This document shows positions 1 through 13,620 of a DNA stretch of 64,000 nucleotides, piece after piece (the first letter of the stretch is position 1; the number at the start of each line of letters is the position of its first letter). The notes beneath the pieces are model-generated. The model saw only the letters and a program-made list of their open reading frames with translations. It searched no databases and was not told the DNA's origin. The position numbers were made by a program, and so were the translations under genes. This stretch comes from Octopus sinensis (taxonomy: Eukaryota). Location of the stretch: NCBI RefSeq assembly GCF_006345805.1, contig NC_042997.1, forward strand, positions 113,336,001 to 113,400,000, read 5' to 3'.

Positions 1-186
1 CATTTTCACCACTGACTTGGATTCCAAAGCCACATTCAGCGCAAACACCAGCCGAGGAGACCAGATGGAGACTGACGAACCCAATGCTTGGATACAAGCT
101 GGGGCCAACGACTATGTATGTGTGTGTGTGTGTGCGTATGTGTGTGTGCGTATGTGTGTGTGTGTATGTGTGTGTGTGTGTGTGTA
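1..186 (+). mobile_element. Possible 3' end of an RTE-type LINE followed by (TG)n
   Basis: Frame 1 reads HFHH*LGFQSHIQRKH, resembling the C-terminal F..R.GL.SH.R.H motif of RTE ORFs, followed by a short UTR and a TG microsatellite. Confidence 0.3.
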
Positions 187-492
187 TAGTGAACAGTAAC
201 TCCAAAAATATAATTTTAAAAAAGTATAGAATGAAAACGGTAACTAAAGTCTAACACATACACAGCTCACACGTGTTTGTATGTGTCACTTGGTACATGC
301 ATGTGTATATGTGTTTGTGTGTGTGTGTGTGTGTGAATGTGTGTGTGTGTTTGTGTGAATGTTAGTGGGTGTGTGTGTGAATGTTAGTTTGTGTGTGTGT
401 ATCTGAATGTTAGTGTATGTGTGTATCTCAATGTTAGTGTGTGTGTATCTGAATGTTAGTGTGTGTGTGTGTCATTGTGTTATTCACCTCAC

Positions 493-612
493 ATATCAAT
501 GCTGTGATGTGGGTCTTTGTGTTTGCCATCATCGGATAACATCATAAAAGACTTCATTATTTCTGTTCGCACCAAGAAGAATGGTAACAAGTTTCTTTGG
601 CGTTTATGATGT
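493..612 (-). CDS. Candidate internal coding exon of an unidentified gene
   Basis: Pyrimidine tract + ttttag acceptor, gtgagg donor, 120 nt, open in phase 2-2: HHKRQRNLLPFFLVRTEIMKSFMMLSDDGKHKDPHHSID. Confidence 0.45.
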
Positions 613-1106
613 CTAAAATTGAAAGAATACAGCAAAGAAAAATAAAAAAATGGATGAAGCTTTTTTTCAATAAATTCCTTGATATAGTTTTTGTGGTTAC
701 TTTCTGTGCACCAATTCAATATGTATTAAAAATAGATGATCAATAACAAAAAATACTGCAAGTGAGAAATGTAATTGATATGTGTCTATGTATGTATTTA
801 TGTGTGTATGTATGTAAGTATATGTGTGTGTGTACATATACATATGTGTATGCACATACATCATTATCATTTAATGTATGTTGTCCATATACATGTATGT
901 GTATATATGTACATGTATGTATGTACGTATGTATGTATGTATCTATCTAAGAGTGGCTGTGTGGTAAGAAGTTTGCTTCCCAGCCTCATGGTTTCAGGTT
1001 CAGTCCCACTGCATGGCCCCTTGGACAAGTGTCTTCTACTGTAGCCTTGAACTGATCAAAGCCTTGAGAGTGAATCTGGTTGATGGAAACTGAAAGAAGC
1101 CCATCG

Positions 1107-1142
<36 letters not shown>

Positions 1143-1207
1143 TATATATCATCATCATCATCATCATCATCGTTTAACGCCTGCTTTCCGTGCTAGCATG
1201 GGTTGGA

Positions 1208-1360
1208 AAGGTGACAAATAGTGAGAGGGAAAGAGTAAGGAATGCACAGTGCTGACTAGAAAGGAAGGAAACATAAAGGTGACGAATAGAGGGAGGGAAA
1301 GAGTAAGGAATTCACAGTGCTGACTAGAAAGGAAGGAAGGATAAAGGTGACGAATAGAAC
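1208..1360. repeat. ~67-bp tandem repeat, ~2.3 copies
   Basis: aaaggtgac(a/g)aatag recurs at 1208, 1275 and 1343; the first two units run on to cacagtgctgactagaaaggaagg. Confidence 0.85.
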
Positions 1361-2348
1361 AGAGTGGTAGCATTTAGTAGAGATGACCCGGAAGTTGTTC
1401 CTCTTCGATTACTATCGCAAACAACAGTAGCTTTCTTCAACTGAATACACATCATTGATCGGTTGAAATTACCCAAATACGACAACTTTAACACAAAATA
1501 ACTTCTAAAATAGGAAATTTTGTCAAAAACTTTCATAGTAAACTGTGTTCTACATGAGAAATTCTACCAGAATTCAAAGTTTCAAACTGTTTAGTTTAAA
1601 AAATTCATTAAAAAATCTGTGACTGAGATGGAACAGATCCGAAGATACTTCGCCAAAGTGCCATGCAGTGAAATTGATCCCTGAACCGCATAATTGCAGA
1701 GTGAACATCTTAACCACATGGTTGAATGTAGTCCTATATGAAGGGTTGTGTCGACAGCAATATAGGCCCCCTGGCAAAGCAACATTGTATTGGATCTCTA
1801 GAGCTAAAGGACTCCTAAGCCACTACCTAGTGTTTTGTCCATTCATTAAGACTACCTATTATGTAGACATATACCGTCTGGGAAAGGCTGGATGGTCAAG
1901 GCCAGACTGCTTTTTGATCATGTTCTTTTAAATTAGGGTTTGACTTGAGCCTAAATAGCAACAAAAATAACATTTTGCCAAAAATGGCAAGGACTAATGT
2001 CTTCCGAGTGATTAGAGATCAAATGGTCAGTTTTGATTTGTTTCAATGTTGGCCGAATGACATAAATTAGAACGAAAGACATCAACTATTAAATGGAATG
2101 TAACAGAGGTACAAAGGAAAGTGGATTAGGAGAATGCCATTGGTGGTAGTAGTAGGATTGGTGGTAGAGGTGGTAGTAGTCATCACTATTGTCATGCAGT
2201 CATCATGATTTTAGAGAATCAAATATTTCTTGTAATATTATTTCACTTAGACAGGATGGTGTTAATAATTCAGAATCACTTAATTTAAATAAATATTTAT
2301 AGACGATCTGTCATCACTTGAAAGGAACCGTAATTGATTCAAACTCAC

Positions 2349-2371
2349 TTTACGTATGACTTGTGCAAAAT
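2349..2371 (-). CDS. Candidate 23-nt micro-exon
   Basis: tctttttctttttcctttaaaag acceptor and gtgagt donor; phase 0-2 (ILHKSYV-K) joins in frame to the 493-612 candidate. Confidence 0.35.
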
Positions 2372-3209
2372 CTTTTAAAGGAAAAAGAAAAAGACAAACC
2401 AAACATTGAAAAAAAAATGGTTATATCAAAGATGGAACCATTTTGGGAAATATTTACTTTCAGGTGATTGGTTACTCTAAAGTGGGAGAGTAAATCATCT
2501 TGCCAGAAGCCATATTCCTTTTTCTTCTACGTTATCTTTTATTTGTTTCAGTCATTAGACTGTGGCCATGCTGGAGCACTGCCATGAAGAATTTTTAACT
2601 GGACTTACTGGCACCTGTGCTGGTGGCATGTGTAAAAAGATTCGAGCGAGGTCATTGCCAGTACTGCCTGACTGGCCCCCGTGCCAGTGGCACGTAAAAA
2701 GCACCCACTACACTCTCGGAGTGGTTAGCGTTAGGAAGGGCATCCAGCTGTAGAAACTCTGCTAGATCAAGATTGGAGCCTAGTGCAGCCATCTGGTTCG
2801 CCAGCCCTCAGTCAAAACCATCCAACCCATGCTAGCATGGAAAGCGGACGTTAAACAATGATGATGATGAATGAATCAGAACCAGTACTAATTTTTTTTC
2901 AAGCCTGGTACTTACTCTATCGGTCTCTTTTTGCCAAACTGTTAAGTTACAGGGACATAAACACACCCACACTTGTTGTCATGATGTGGTGGTAGTGGTG
3001 GTGAGGTGTTGTCCAACACAGACACAAACACACACACACATGGCAAGCTTCTTTCAGTTTTTGTCTACCAAATCTACTCACAAGTCTTTGGTCAGTCTAA
3101 GGCTATAGTAAGAGGCACTTGCTCAATGTTCCACACAATAGGACTGAACACAAAACCATGTCATTGGAAAGAAAACTTCTTACCATACATCCATGCCGGA
3201 ACCCTTTGT

Positions 3210-3760
3210 GTCATCATCATCATTTAGTGTCTGTTGTCCATGCTGGCATGGGTTGGATGGCTTGACCAGGGCTGGTAAATGGAAAGGTGCACCAGACTCC
3301 AGTCTGATTTGGCATGGTTTCCTGTGACTGGATGCCCTTCCTAATGCCAACCACTCCAAGAGTGTAAGGAGTGCATTTACATGCCAATTTGCGTGACACC
3401 AGTATTTGCCACAACTATGATTTTGCTTGGTTGATGGGTCTTCTTCTCAAGCACAACATAATGCTAAAGGTCTCAGTCATTGCCTCCATGAGGCCCAACA
3501 CTTGAAAGGTGCCCTTTATGTGCCACCAGCATGGGTGCCAGTTACATAACACCAGCATTGGCCATTATTATGATTTCGCTTGGCTTGACAGGTCTTTTCA
3601 AGCACAGTACATTTGCCAAAGATCTTGGTTATTAGTCCTTGCCTCTGTGAGGCTCAAAGTTCAAAGATCATGCTTCACCACTTCATCTCATGTCTTCCTG
3701 GGTCTACCTCTACCACAGGTTCCCTCCACAGTTAGAGATTGGCACTTCTTTACACAGCAC
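3210..3760 (-). mobile_element. 5'-truncated RTE LINE 3' fragment (ORF C-terminus + 3' UTR + (GAT)n tail)
   Basis: Reverse complement matches 19254-19370 (KKCQSLTVEGTCGRGRPRKT) and continues into the shared 3' UTR. Confidence 0.85.
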
Positions 3761-4489
3761 TCCTTGTCCCTTTTTCCTTTAATCACAGAGTCCTTAACAT
3801 TCGTATACAGCTGCTATTTTGACCTTGTTGGATCTCATCAGTATGAAGAAGTTAGGTTTTATTAAATGTTATATTATATGAAATTATTATTACTAACTTT
3901 ACAGAAGGAGTAAGAAGTATATATCTAGGGAAGTATGTGATGAAAATATTTCTTTACAGTAAAGGTATTATCATTCACAGTTCAATGTTAAGGTAAGGGA
4001 GAGAACATTACATTTGATTGGTTGGTTGTTCACCTCTATAGGAACCTTTAGAGAAAAGATTAGACAACCTCTGTTGTTGCTTATTGATTGGTTTTGAGAA
4101 GAAAGAGATGATGATGAGGTACATAACCTTAATGTCTGGTTTACACCACCATGTGGACCTTGGGGGAGTTGATTGAAGGCATTTTATTGCAAACATTTGA
4201 ACCACTTTTCTTGTTCGAAGTTGTAGATTAATTTATTAACTTAATTTTTCCTTTATTCTTTTGTACAACTTTGCTGTTTTGCTGTGTATATTCAAATTTA
4301 ATAAGATTCATTGGAATTTTGAAAATAATACACTAGCATTTTTATATCTTATATACCTAGCTTTAAATTTGCTCTTAAATTTTTTTTTAATTTAATAATC
4401 AATAATGTGTTCAATATAATAAATTTTCAAAAAACAAAAAAACATCAAATACACCATCCATACTATCTCATATAAATATATATAAATGA

Positions 4490-5048
4490 AAAAGCATCAT
4501 TCGGGTGATTGGTCCTGTGCAGGTGGCACGTAAAAAGTAACATTCCAGCATGGTCATTGCCAGTGCCACTTGACAGGTCCTTGTGCTGGTGGCACCTGAA
4601 AAGCACCATTCAAGCGTGGTTGTTGCCAGTGCCGCCTGACTGGCCCTTGTACTGGTGGCACATAAAAAGCACCATTCAAGTTTGGTTGTTGCCAGTGCTA
4701 CTTGACTGGCTCCTGTGCTAGTGACACATAAAAACACCATTCAAGCGTGGCTGATGCCAGTACCACCTGACTGGCCCTTGTGCCAGTGGCACAAAAAAGC
4801 ACCATTCAAGTGTGGTTGTTGCTAGTTCCGCCTGATTGGCTCCAGTCAAGTGTGCCTTAGTGCCAGTGGAATGTAAAAAAGCACCCACTACACTGTCAAA
4901 GTGGCTGATGTTAGGAAGGGCATCCAGCTGTAGAAACATTGCCAGATTGGATTGGAACCTGGTGCAGCCTCCTAGTTTGCCAGCCCTCAATCAAACTGTC
5001 CAGCCCATGCCAGCATGGAAAGCAGACGTTAAATGATGATGATGATGA
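4490..5048 (+). mobile_element. RTE LINE 3' UTR fragment with ~5 copies of the 65-bp unit
   Basis: Tandem aagcaccattcaag...gtggcac units, then gcacccactacact...ggaaagcagacgttaaa(tga)n. Related copies near 2600, 5685, 10110, 11550, 15900, 28375, 31065, 42490, 44860, 47345, 50310, 51078, 58115, 59975 and 63000. Confidence 0.85.
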
Positions 5049-6094
5049 AGCAGTCACCACTATTTTGTTTCTCCTTCCAATTCCACTCTAGTTACTTATA
5101 CCCAACTTTTTTTATATTATAAGTAGCCATGTAACTCCTCTGCTACTGCTGCAAAAAAGAAAAAAAACAAGAAAAAAACACCCTGTACATTCTGTAAAGT
5201 GGTTGTCATTAACAAGGGCATCCGGTTGTGGGACCATGTTAAAGCAGGCATTGGAGCACAATGCAGTCCCTGAACCTGTTGGAGGCTGTCAAAACATCTA
5301 ACCCAAGCCAGCTTGGAAGATGGATATTCATTGGTGATGATGATGGTGATGGTGTCGGGGTCGATAAATAAAGTACCAGTTTCGCACTGGGGTCAATGTA
5401 ATCGACTTAATCCCTTTGTCTGTCCTTGTTTGCCCCCTCTATGTTTAGCCCCTTATGGGTAACAAAGAAATGAGATATGACTGGGCATGGGGAAATACAG
5501 CTATGCCTAGAAACAAGTGAGGGTTCATAATAAGAAGGACATTCAGCCACAAAGTGTCTGTCTCAATAAACTTTGTCCTGCCTAAACAAGTATAGGAAAG
5601 GGGCTACTAAAACAACAATGTTGCTGTTGGGATGATATAAAATCTATGACAAATTTCTTTTGTTTTTTGTTATACATCAGTAAATTCATCATCATCATCG
5701 TTTAACGTCTGCTTTCCATGCTAGCATGGGTTGGACGATTTTGACTGAGGGCTGGCGAACCAGATGGCAGCACCAGGCTCCAATTTTGATCTGGCAGAGT
5801 TTCTACAGCTGGATGCCCTTCTTAATGCCAACCACTCCAAGAGTGTAGTGGGTGCTTTATACGTGCCACAGCATGGGGGCCAGTCAGGTGGTTTTGACAA
5901 TGACCTTGCTCGAATCTTTTTACACATGCCACCGGTACAGGTGCCAGTAAGGTGACGTTGGTAACGATCATGCTCGAATGGTGCCCTTTTACGTGTCACC
6001 AGCACGGAAGCCAGTTGGCTGCTCTGGCAATGATCATGCTCGGATGGTGCTCTTGGCACCATGCAAATACCTCCATTTAATTGTTTTGGCTAAC

Positions 6095-6231
6095 TTGATA
6101 AAATTTTCTTGTAATCAGCCTAAAATATGTTAAGTAATAGCTCCAATACTTATAAAGTTCGTTCCGTATTATTTCCAGGAAATTTTGGGTGTGTTTTATT
6201 ACTGATGTGCCAGCATCCTTCTTAGTTTTAT
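6095..6231 (-). CDS. Candidate coding exon (alternative donor would end it at 6150)
   Basis: ttttag acceptor; only phase 1 is open: KTKKDAGTSVIKHTQNFLEIIRNELYKYWSYYLTYFRLITRKFYQ; donors gtattg or gttagc, both moderate. Confidence 0.3.
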
Positions 6232-7010
6232 CTAAAATAGACATCACTTAAACCGTCATCTTCAATAGAGCACTAAAATACAAGAATGTATTTTTGTTTA
6301 TTTATTTTGCATTCCTCTTGAAAAAAAATATGTAGATATAGCTTTTTTTTTTTTCATTCTTCTGACAGAGGTATTTTAAGATTTATGTGCAAACAAAATA
6401 TGAGTTGTTGCTTAAATAATGTTTATTATTTTTTTCTATAATTCCACATTTTTATTTTATTCGTTATCAGCGGAATTTAGAATCATATTTTGAATTCAAC
6501 ATTCGTACTCTGCAATTTTGCTATTTCACCAGCTGGAATCAATAACTTTTCTAGTTATCTATTCATAATCTCACATAATGAATATGCAGGAACTTTTCGG
6601 AAAAAGAAAAAAAGGCAGAAAGAAAGAAAGAAGCCAAGTGAAGCAGGAATCTTTAAGAGAAATATCAAATAAGTGTTAGCTTCTCTGTGCCAGAATGCAC
6701 ACCAGATCTCCACAATATCACCATACGTTCTGAACTAAACACTGACTAATGCTCTGAACCATACACCATGAGGAGTTTTATAGCCAAAGCTATACACTGA
6801 ATACCATTTTCAGGATGACAAGGTGAATACCTAAAGCAATTAAGTGCAAACAGAACTATAATGATTAAATGCAGGAACTTTTCTCAGGAAAATTTGGTTA
6901 TTTGACTGGGAACTACTGCTGCTGCTGCTGCTTATAGTTGCTTATGGTGTAAGAGTGGAAGAGAAAGAGGGGGGAGGGAGAAAGAGGGTGGAAGAGAGAA
7001 AGAACGATTA

Positions 7011-7503
7011 CAGTAATCCCTCGACTATCGCTGGTGTTATGTTCCAGAACCTCCCACAGAAATAATTAAAATCTACAAAAGTATAAATACTTGTTGGTCG
7101 CAGAAACCCGTGATCTACTGAGGAGTCTGTGATATAAATTTATATATACTAGCCAGAAAAATCTATAGTGTACTGAGTGCACGATAGGTGAAGCGCGATG
7201 TACTGAGTGCACAATAGGTGAATCGCAATGTAGAGTGTGCGATAGGTGAACCGCGATGTGCTGAGTGTGTAACAGATGAACCGTGATGTACTGAGTGTGT
7301 GATAGATGAAGCGCGATGTACTGAGTGTGCAATAAGTGAACCATGATGTACTGGGTGTGCCACGATAGGTGAACCGCGATGTACTGAGTGAGAAATAGGT
7401 GAAGCGCAATGTACTGAGTGTGCAATAGGTGAAGCATGATGTACTGAGTGTGCGATAGGTGAACCACGATGTACTGGGTGCATGATATGGCGAGGGATTA
7501 CTG
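7011..7503. mobile_element. Non-autonomous Tc1/mariner (pogo/Tigger-like) MITE
   Basis: Perfect 13-bp TIRs CAGTAATCCCTCG / CGAGGGATTACTG flanked by TA at 7009-7010 and 7504-7505. Confidence 0.85.
7168..7480. repeat. 30-bp minisatellite, ~10 copies
   Basis: Unit approximately gatgtactgagtgtgcgataggtgaaccgc. Confidence 0.95.
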
Positions 7504-8689
7504 TACTATGGGATGACCAAGGGGGTGAATATTGTTCTTCTTAAGGAGAGAGAATCACTTTTAGGTTTATATTTTTTTTATCTTGAGAGATCTTTTTCTC
7601 AGAAGAAAAAAATGGAAAGAAAGAAACCATGAGAAGCAAGAATCTTTTAGAGAAATACCAAATGAATGTTACCTTGTCTGTGCCAGAATGTACATGAGGT
7701 TTCCACAATATAACAACACAATCCAAACTAAATGCTGATGAAGGCTCAAAATCACTCATCATGAAAAATTACAGGAGTTTTATCGCTAAACCCACAGAAT
7801 TTAGCTTTTAGCTTTTACCTTTTACTGATTTCAGTCATTAAGCTGTGGCATCACTTTGAAGAACTTTTAGTGAAATGAATTGACTCCAGGACTTTTTCTT
7901 TTAAGCCTGTACTTATTCTATCAATCTCTTTCACTGTACAGGGATGTAAACACACCAACACCAGCTGTCAATCAGTGGTGGGGGACAAACACAAACACAC
8001 ACACACACACACATACACATGACAGGCTTCTTTTCAGTTTCTACCAAATCCACTCACATGGCTTTGGTCTTAATGAGACTATAGTAGGATACACTTACTC
8101 AATGTGCCATGCATTGGGACTGAACCCGGAACCATTTTGTTGGGAACCAAGCTTCTTACCACCCAGCCATGCCTGTGCCTGTACATGCATACATACATAT
8201 CATCATCATCATCATCACATCATCATTGTAATCATCATCATCATCATCATCATTTAGTGTCCATTTTCAATGCTAGCATTGGTTAGATGGTTTAACTGGG
8301 GCTGGCAAGCCGGAGAGCTGCACCAGGCTCCAATCTGTTTTAGCTGGGCCTCTTTGGCTGGATGCCCTTCTTAACGCTAACCACTCCACAGAGTGTATTT
8401 GGTGCCTTGTATGTGTCACTGGCACTGGGTTTCACTTAATTTGGTGTCTTCACAAGCACAGCAAATCATCAAAATAAATATATGTACAAAGGGCTTCCAC
8501 ACAATTTCCATCTACCAAATTCACTTTCAAGGCAGTGCAAAGCCTGAGTGGCCTGAGGCTGAAGTATGAGACGACATGTTGAAGGTATTACGCAATGAGA
8601 CTGAATGCAGACCCATGCAGTTGTAAAGTGAGTGTCTTAAGCACACAGCTGTACCTGGGCCATTTCAATGAAAAATGTCTGAAAACTAT

Positions 8690-9092
8690 CTCTTTTACTT
8701 GTTTCAGTCATTTGACTGTGGCCATGCAGGAGCACCGCCTTTGGTCGAGCAAATCGACCCCAAGACTTATTCTTTGAAAGCCTTGTACTTATTCTATCGG
8801 TCTCTTTTGCCAAACCGCTAAGTTATGGGGACGTAAACACACCGGCATCGGTTGTCAAGCGATGTGGGGGGGACAGACACACAAACACACACACACACAT
8901 ATATATATATATACATATACATATATACGACGGTCTTCTTTCAGTTTCCGTCTACCAAATCCACTCACAAGGCTTTGGTTGGCCCGAGGCTATAGTAGAA
9001 GACACTTGCCCAAGGTGCCACGCAGTGGGACTGAACCCAGAACCATGTGGTTGGTAAGCACGCAACTTACCACACAGCCACTCCTGCGCTTA
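8690..9092 (-). mobile_element. Full-length tRNA-derived CORE-type SINE (family A)
   Basis: tRNA-like head (tggctgtgtggtaag ... ggttcagtccc), accttgggcaagt core, central (TA/TG)n, tail ending gactgaaacaagtaaaaga; more than 20 whole or partial copies in the window. Confidence 0.85.
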
Positions 9093-9249
9093 TATCCTCT
9101 GTGTTTTTTAACCAGATTCTATTACAAACAATGGATATTCTGAAAAAAAAACAAAACAAACCTGCCATGCTGTGTATGTATTCTTTGCCTGCAACTACAA
9201 CAAATAGGCTAAGATATTTAGCCTGGTTGTAAAAAACTCAAGATCTTAA

Positions 9250-9482
9250 CACTTAAGCGTTTAAACCAGTAAGATCTGGCACTAATAGTCTACCTGCTTT
9301 ATGTTCACACCAGGTGTGAGAGGCCATATCTGGCCTCTCAAACCTACTCTACAATGTCATTCAAAAAATAAACATTCACATCATCGAAATCTCAAAGCTC
9401 CAAGATATTGCATAATTAATTCAAAACAATGTGAATAAATAAGCACTACATTTGACAGAGTCTGAATTTGAACGGCAAAGAG
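9250..9482. mobile_element. piggyBac-like MITE, degenerate
   Basis: TTAA on both sides; imperfect TIRs cacttaagcgtttaaa vs ctctttgccgttcaaa (reverse complement). Confidence 0.55.
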
Positions 9483-10039
9483 TTAAATAATTTTGTTCAC
9501 AGCAATCATAGCCAAGAAGTGGAAAAACCACAATTTAAGAGTCACTACAGACATCAAATCTGAAAGTAATTTTTGATGACCATTATAAATATAAGATCTT
9601 TGCCTTGGCCTGCATCTGATTAGGTCCATTAGCACTGATTGATACCTTTAATAAATGTCTGTCGGATTTTTAAAATTTATTATAAGCTGTGCAGCAGTGA
9701 AGAAGTAGAGTGACAAATGGTATTCAAGAAACCAGAGTGTACCAACATGTGGCTACAACTTGTTTAAAGTGAAGAATAAACTGGAATTCCTACTCTTGTA
9801 AATGTTTTTCGTTTTCTTTTTTTCATTAGCAATCAGTGTGCATGAGTTGGCTGTCTGTATGTCTCATCTTCTTGAAGGTAGGACTCACACACACAACTGC
9901 ATCACACTAACACTACTACTACTACTACTGGTGGTGGTGGTGGTGCTAATGATGATGATGAGGAGGAGGAGGAGGAAGAGGAGGAGGACGATGACGACAC
10001 TGCTGCTGCTATGACAGCTCAAGTTTGCTTGAAACTGAC

Positions 10040-10081
10040 CTATTAAACTCATATCTTCCATATCTGTAGACTCCAATGTTT
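10040..10081 (-). CDS. Candidate 42-nt exon
   Basis: tgtttttctcag acceptor, gtcagt donor, phase 1-1 open: TLESTDMEDMSLI. Confidence 0.3.
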
Positions 10082-11414
10082 CTGAGAAAAACACTAACTT
10101 TCTATGATACATCATCATCATCATCATCATCATTTAACGTCTGTTTTCCATGCTAGCATGGGTTGGACGATTTTGACTGAGGTCTGGTGAACCAGATAGC
10201 TGCACCAGACTCCAATCTTGATCTGGCAGAGTTTCTACAGCTGGATGCCCTTCCTAATGCCAACCACTTTTACATGCCACCGGCACCAGGGCCAGTCAGG
10301 CAGTACTGGCAACAGCCACGCTCAAATGGTGCTTTTTAAGTGCCACCTGCACAGGAGCCAGTCCAGTGGTACTGGCAATGACCTTGCTCAAATGTTTTTT
10401 CATGTGCCACCAGCACAAGTGCTAGCAACACGATGCAGGTAATAATCACACTCGAATGGTGTTTTTAATGTGCCATCGGCACGGAGGCCAGCTTGTTGCT
10501 CTGGCAACAATCATACATTTACAATGTACCGTGAGTAATATATTTAAATCCTTTAAGGTGGCATTTTGGTAGAACCATTACCACACAAGGCAAAATAATT
10601 AGCAGCATTTTGTCCATCTTTACTTTCTCAATTCAAATGTCGCCAAGGTTGACTTGACCTTTTGTTCTTTCAGGGTTGATAAAATAAATACCAGCTGGAT
10701 GCAGGGATGAATGTGATTGACTTATCCTCAGCCCTGAAATTGCTGGCCTTGGGCCAAAATTCGAAACCATTATTAATATATATAAGGGTAACGAGCTGCT
10801 AGAATCATTAGCCTGTCGGGCAAATTGCTTGGTGGCATGTTGTCTGTCCATACTTTCCGAGTTCAAATTCCACTGAGGTCAGCTAACTTTCATTCTTTTG
10901 GGGTCAATAAAAGAAGTTATAGTTGAACACTGGGGTTGATGTAATTTATTTATCCCCTCCCCCAAAATTGCTGGTCTTGTGCCAAAATTTGAAAAAAATA
11001 TACTTATATCCTTAATGTTTTATATAAAACACCCTCTCATACCCTTATATTCTTTAATACAATATCTTCTATATTTATAATACTTCATCTTACACACACC
11101 CCTTACACATTCTCCCATTCTTTATAATGCATTCTCTAATTCACTAACTCTTCTATTTCCTGTATTCCATTGGCAGAGTCATTGGAGAGTTGGGAAAATA
11201 CGTTACAGTATTTGTCCCACTTCCCTGCACTCTGAGTTCAAATCCTGCCAAGATCAACATTGGTTTTCATCTCCCTGGGACTCTGTTGATGGTAGATTAA
11301 TGGAATTATCAAAGCATCAACACTCTGCTCTTTTGTTTGTCTCAAGGCCTTGTCTGTCCGTCTGTCAATCTGAAGATTCACCATTTGTTAACCTTTCTAT
11401 TTGTCTGGTTATAT

Positions 11415-12082
11415 CAGTTGTTTTCAACTAAGGCTCGTATGACCCGTGGGGGCCACATAAGATTTTAAACACCAATAAATTGGGGTTATACTTCTACAAT
11501 ACACTAAATATTTTAACAATTGTCTTTTTATGCAATTCCTAATAATATGACGTGGTCAATGCCAGGTCCGCCTGACTGGCTCCCATGCCAGTGGCACATA
11601 AAAAGCACCATTCAAACATGGCTGATGCCAGTAACCCCTGACTGGCCCCCATGCCGATGGCACATAAAAAGCACTATCCGAACATGATCGATACCAGGTC
11701 TGCCTGACTGGCTCCTGTGCTGGTGGCACATAAAACGCACCATCCGAACATGGCCGATGCCAGTACCCTCTGATTGGCCCCCATGCCAGTGGCACGTAAA
11801 AAGTATTATCTGAACATGATCGATGCCAGGACTGCCTCAGAGTGGTTGGCATTAGGAAGGGCATCCAGCTGTAGAAACACTGCCAGATTAGATTGGAGCC
11901 TGGTGCAGCCTCCTGGCTCTCCACACCTCAGTCAAACTGTCCAACTCATGGCAGCATGGAAAATGGACATTAAATGATGATGATAACAGGATTTTTAAAA
12001 TATGGAATCGCTATGAGGGTCCATTCAGTTAGAATAGGAATCAAAGGCGTCCATAGATCAAAAGAATGGTTGACAATCAATG
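11415..12082. mobile_element. hAT (Charlie-like) MITE interrupted by an RTE 3' fragment
   Basis: Ends cagttgttttcaac and ggttgacaatcaatg resemble CAGTGGTTCTCAAC TIRs; both 8-bp flanks have TA at positions 4-5. Confidence 0.5.
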
Positions 12083-12360
12083 ATCTATCTCAAGAGCCTG
12101 GTTCTTCATGTTCTGATAGCAATGTATGTCGTATCATTAATATCAATTGCACCAGTTGTTGCCTCTTCCTTAAATGGAGAGGGGAAACCTGCAATCAACT
12201 ATTGATCTTCCATAAAAAGAAAAATCCCTACCCAGGCCAGAACTTGAGACAGGGAACTTCAAATTGTAGAACCATGATTTTACAAGACATAGGTAGAACC
12301 CGTTCCCCCACCAAAACCAGATATGTCATAGATTTTCTAATATGCTCCATTATACCTTTA

Positions 12361-13620
12361 AGAGGGGTTTTCATTAAAGATTTCCCCTGACCCATTTATG
12401 GTAATCACAGTAAACAGAATTTGCACAGGTATGATCATACATGTCTCTACATGTCACATTGTAAATTGCAGCTTCCCACTAGTATTCATTTATTTTTTAC
12501 GGCTGCTGAAATGGACTAAGATGTTATAATGGAGGCAGTTGAATGCAGGTCAGTGATCAGGTTCTTATACTTGAAAGGTTGTACATCAAAAGGGACTTTC
12601 AATGAGATGAAAGTTTATGATGATGATGCACCATCATACATCGTAGTCAAGCACTGGCATCGCCAATTCAAATGTGGTCGGACATTGGTGGAAACTGCTC
12701 CTATTCCTGGATAACCACATTCCACCATTGATGACGACACCATCCACAAAGTGGAAGCCACCATTTTGGAGGATTGCCTCATAACTATTCAGCAACTAGC
12801 CCAAGAAGTGAAGATGAGTCTAAGGTCCGAGGAAAAAAATCATTCACAACCATTTGCACATGTGGAAGTTGTTTGTGTGATGGATTCTCCAGAAGCAGGA
12901 ATGAGTCAATCGTTCCCAGGTGCTTTTGGCAATGGGCCAAGAAAACAAGGACATTTTCGGCAGACTTATCATGTAGGATAAAACATGGGTCCATCACTAT
13001 GATCCTGAGACTAAAGTCCAGTCAGAGCAATGGAAGCATTAATAACTCACCACCTCCTAAGAAGACTTGTGTCCAAAGCTCAGCAGGCAAGGTGATGCTC
13101 ACTGTTTTTTTGGGACCAGTGTGGATTTTCTGGAAAAGGGCACCACAATTAACAGGGCATATTATACTTCTCAGCTGCTGAAATTGCAGGATGCCATCAA
13201 AGCAAAGAGGCGTGGCATGCTAACGAAAGGAGTCCACCTTCTCCAAAACAATGCCCCAGTTCACAATGCACGTGTCACCCAGATGAAAGCACATTCCTGT
13301 GGCTGTGAAATCCTTCCTCATCCCTCTTACTCTCCTGACTTCGCACCATCTGATTTTCACCTCTTTCCAACCATGAAGTCTTTTTTTGAAGAGGAAGCAC
13401 TTTTCGGATGATGATGAACTTATTTCCAAAGTAAAGTCTTGGCTCCAGATGCAACCTACCGACTTCTACAGACAAGGTCTTCACAGCTGCTTAAATTAAT
13501 GGGAGAAGTGTGTCACCATTGGTGGTGGCTATGTAGAGAAGGACTAATAATTATGCCAAGTTTCATTTGTCCCAGTCCTTGGGAAGAGAGTCAGGAGAAA
13601 TCTTTAATGAATACTCCTTG
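12361..13620 (+). mobile_element. Full-length but decayed mariner (DD34D) transposon
   Basis: ~31-bp imperfect TIRs (agaggggttttcattaaagatttcccctgac / gtcaggagaaatctttaatgaatactccttg), TA on both sides, 1260 bp; motifs DKTWVHHYDPETK, SAGKVMLTVF, QNNAPVH and YSPDFAPSDFHLF, with 34 residues between the 2nd catalytic position (mutated D to N) and the 3rd; stops and frameshifts. Confidence 0.95.

Noticed and set aside
72-115. CTGACGA followed by a hairpin as a hammerhead
   Set aside because: No GAAA box and no stem I partner
7066-7483. Repetitive His-rich ORFs, or a CRISPR-like array
   Set aside because: Translation of a 30-bp minisatellite; no unique spacers and no cas genes; eukaryotic context
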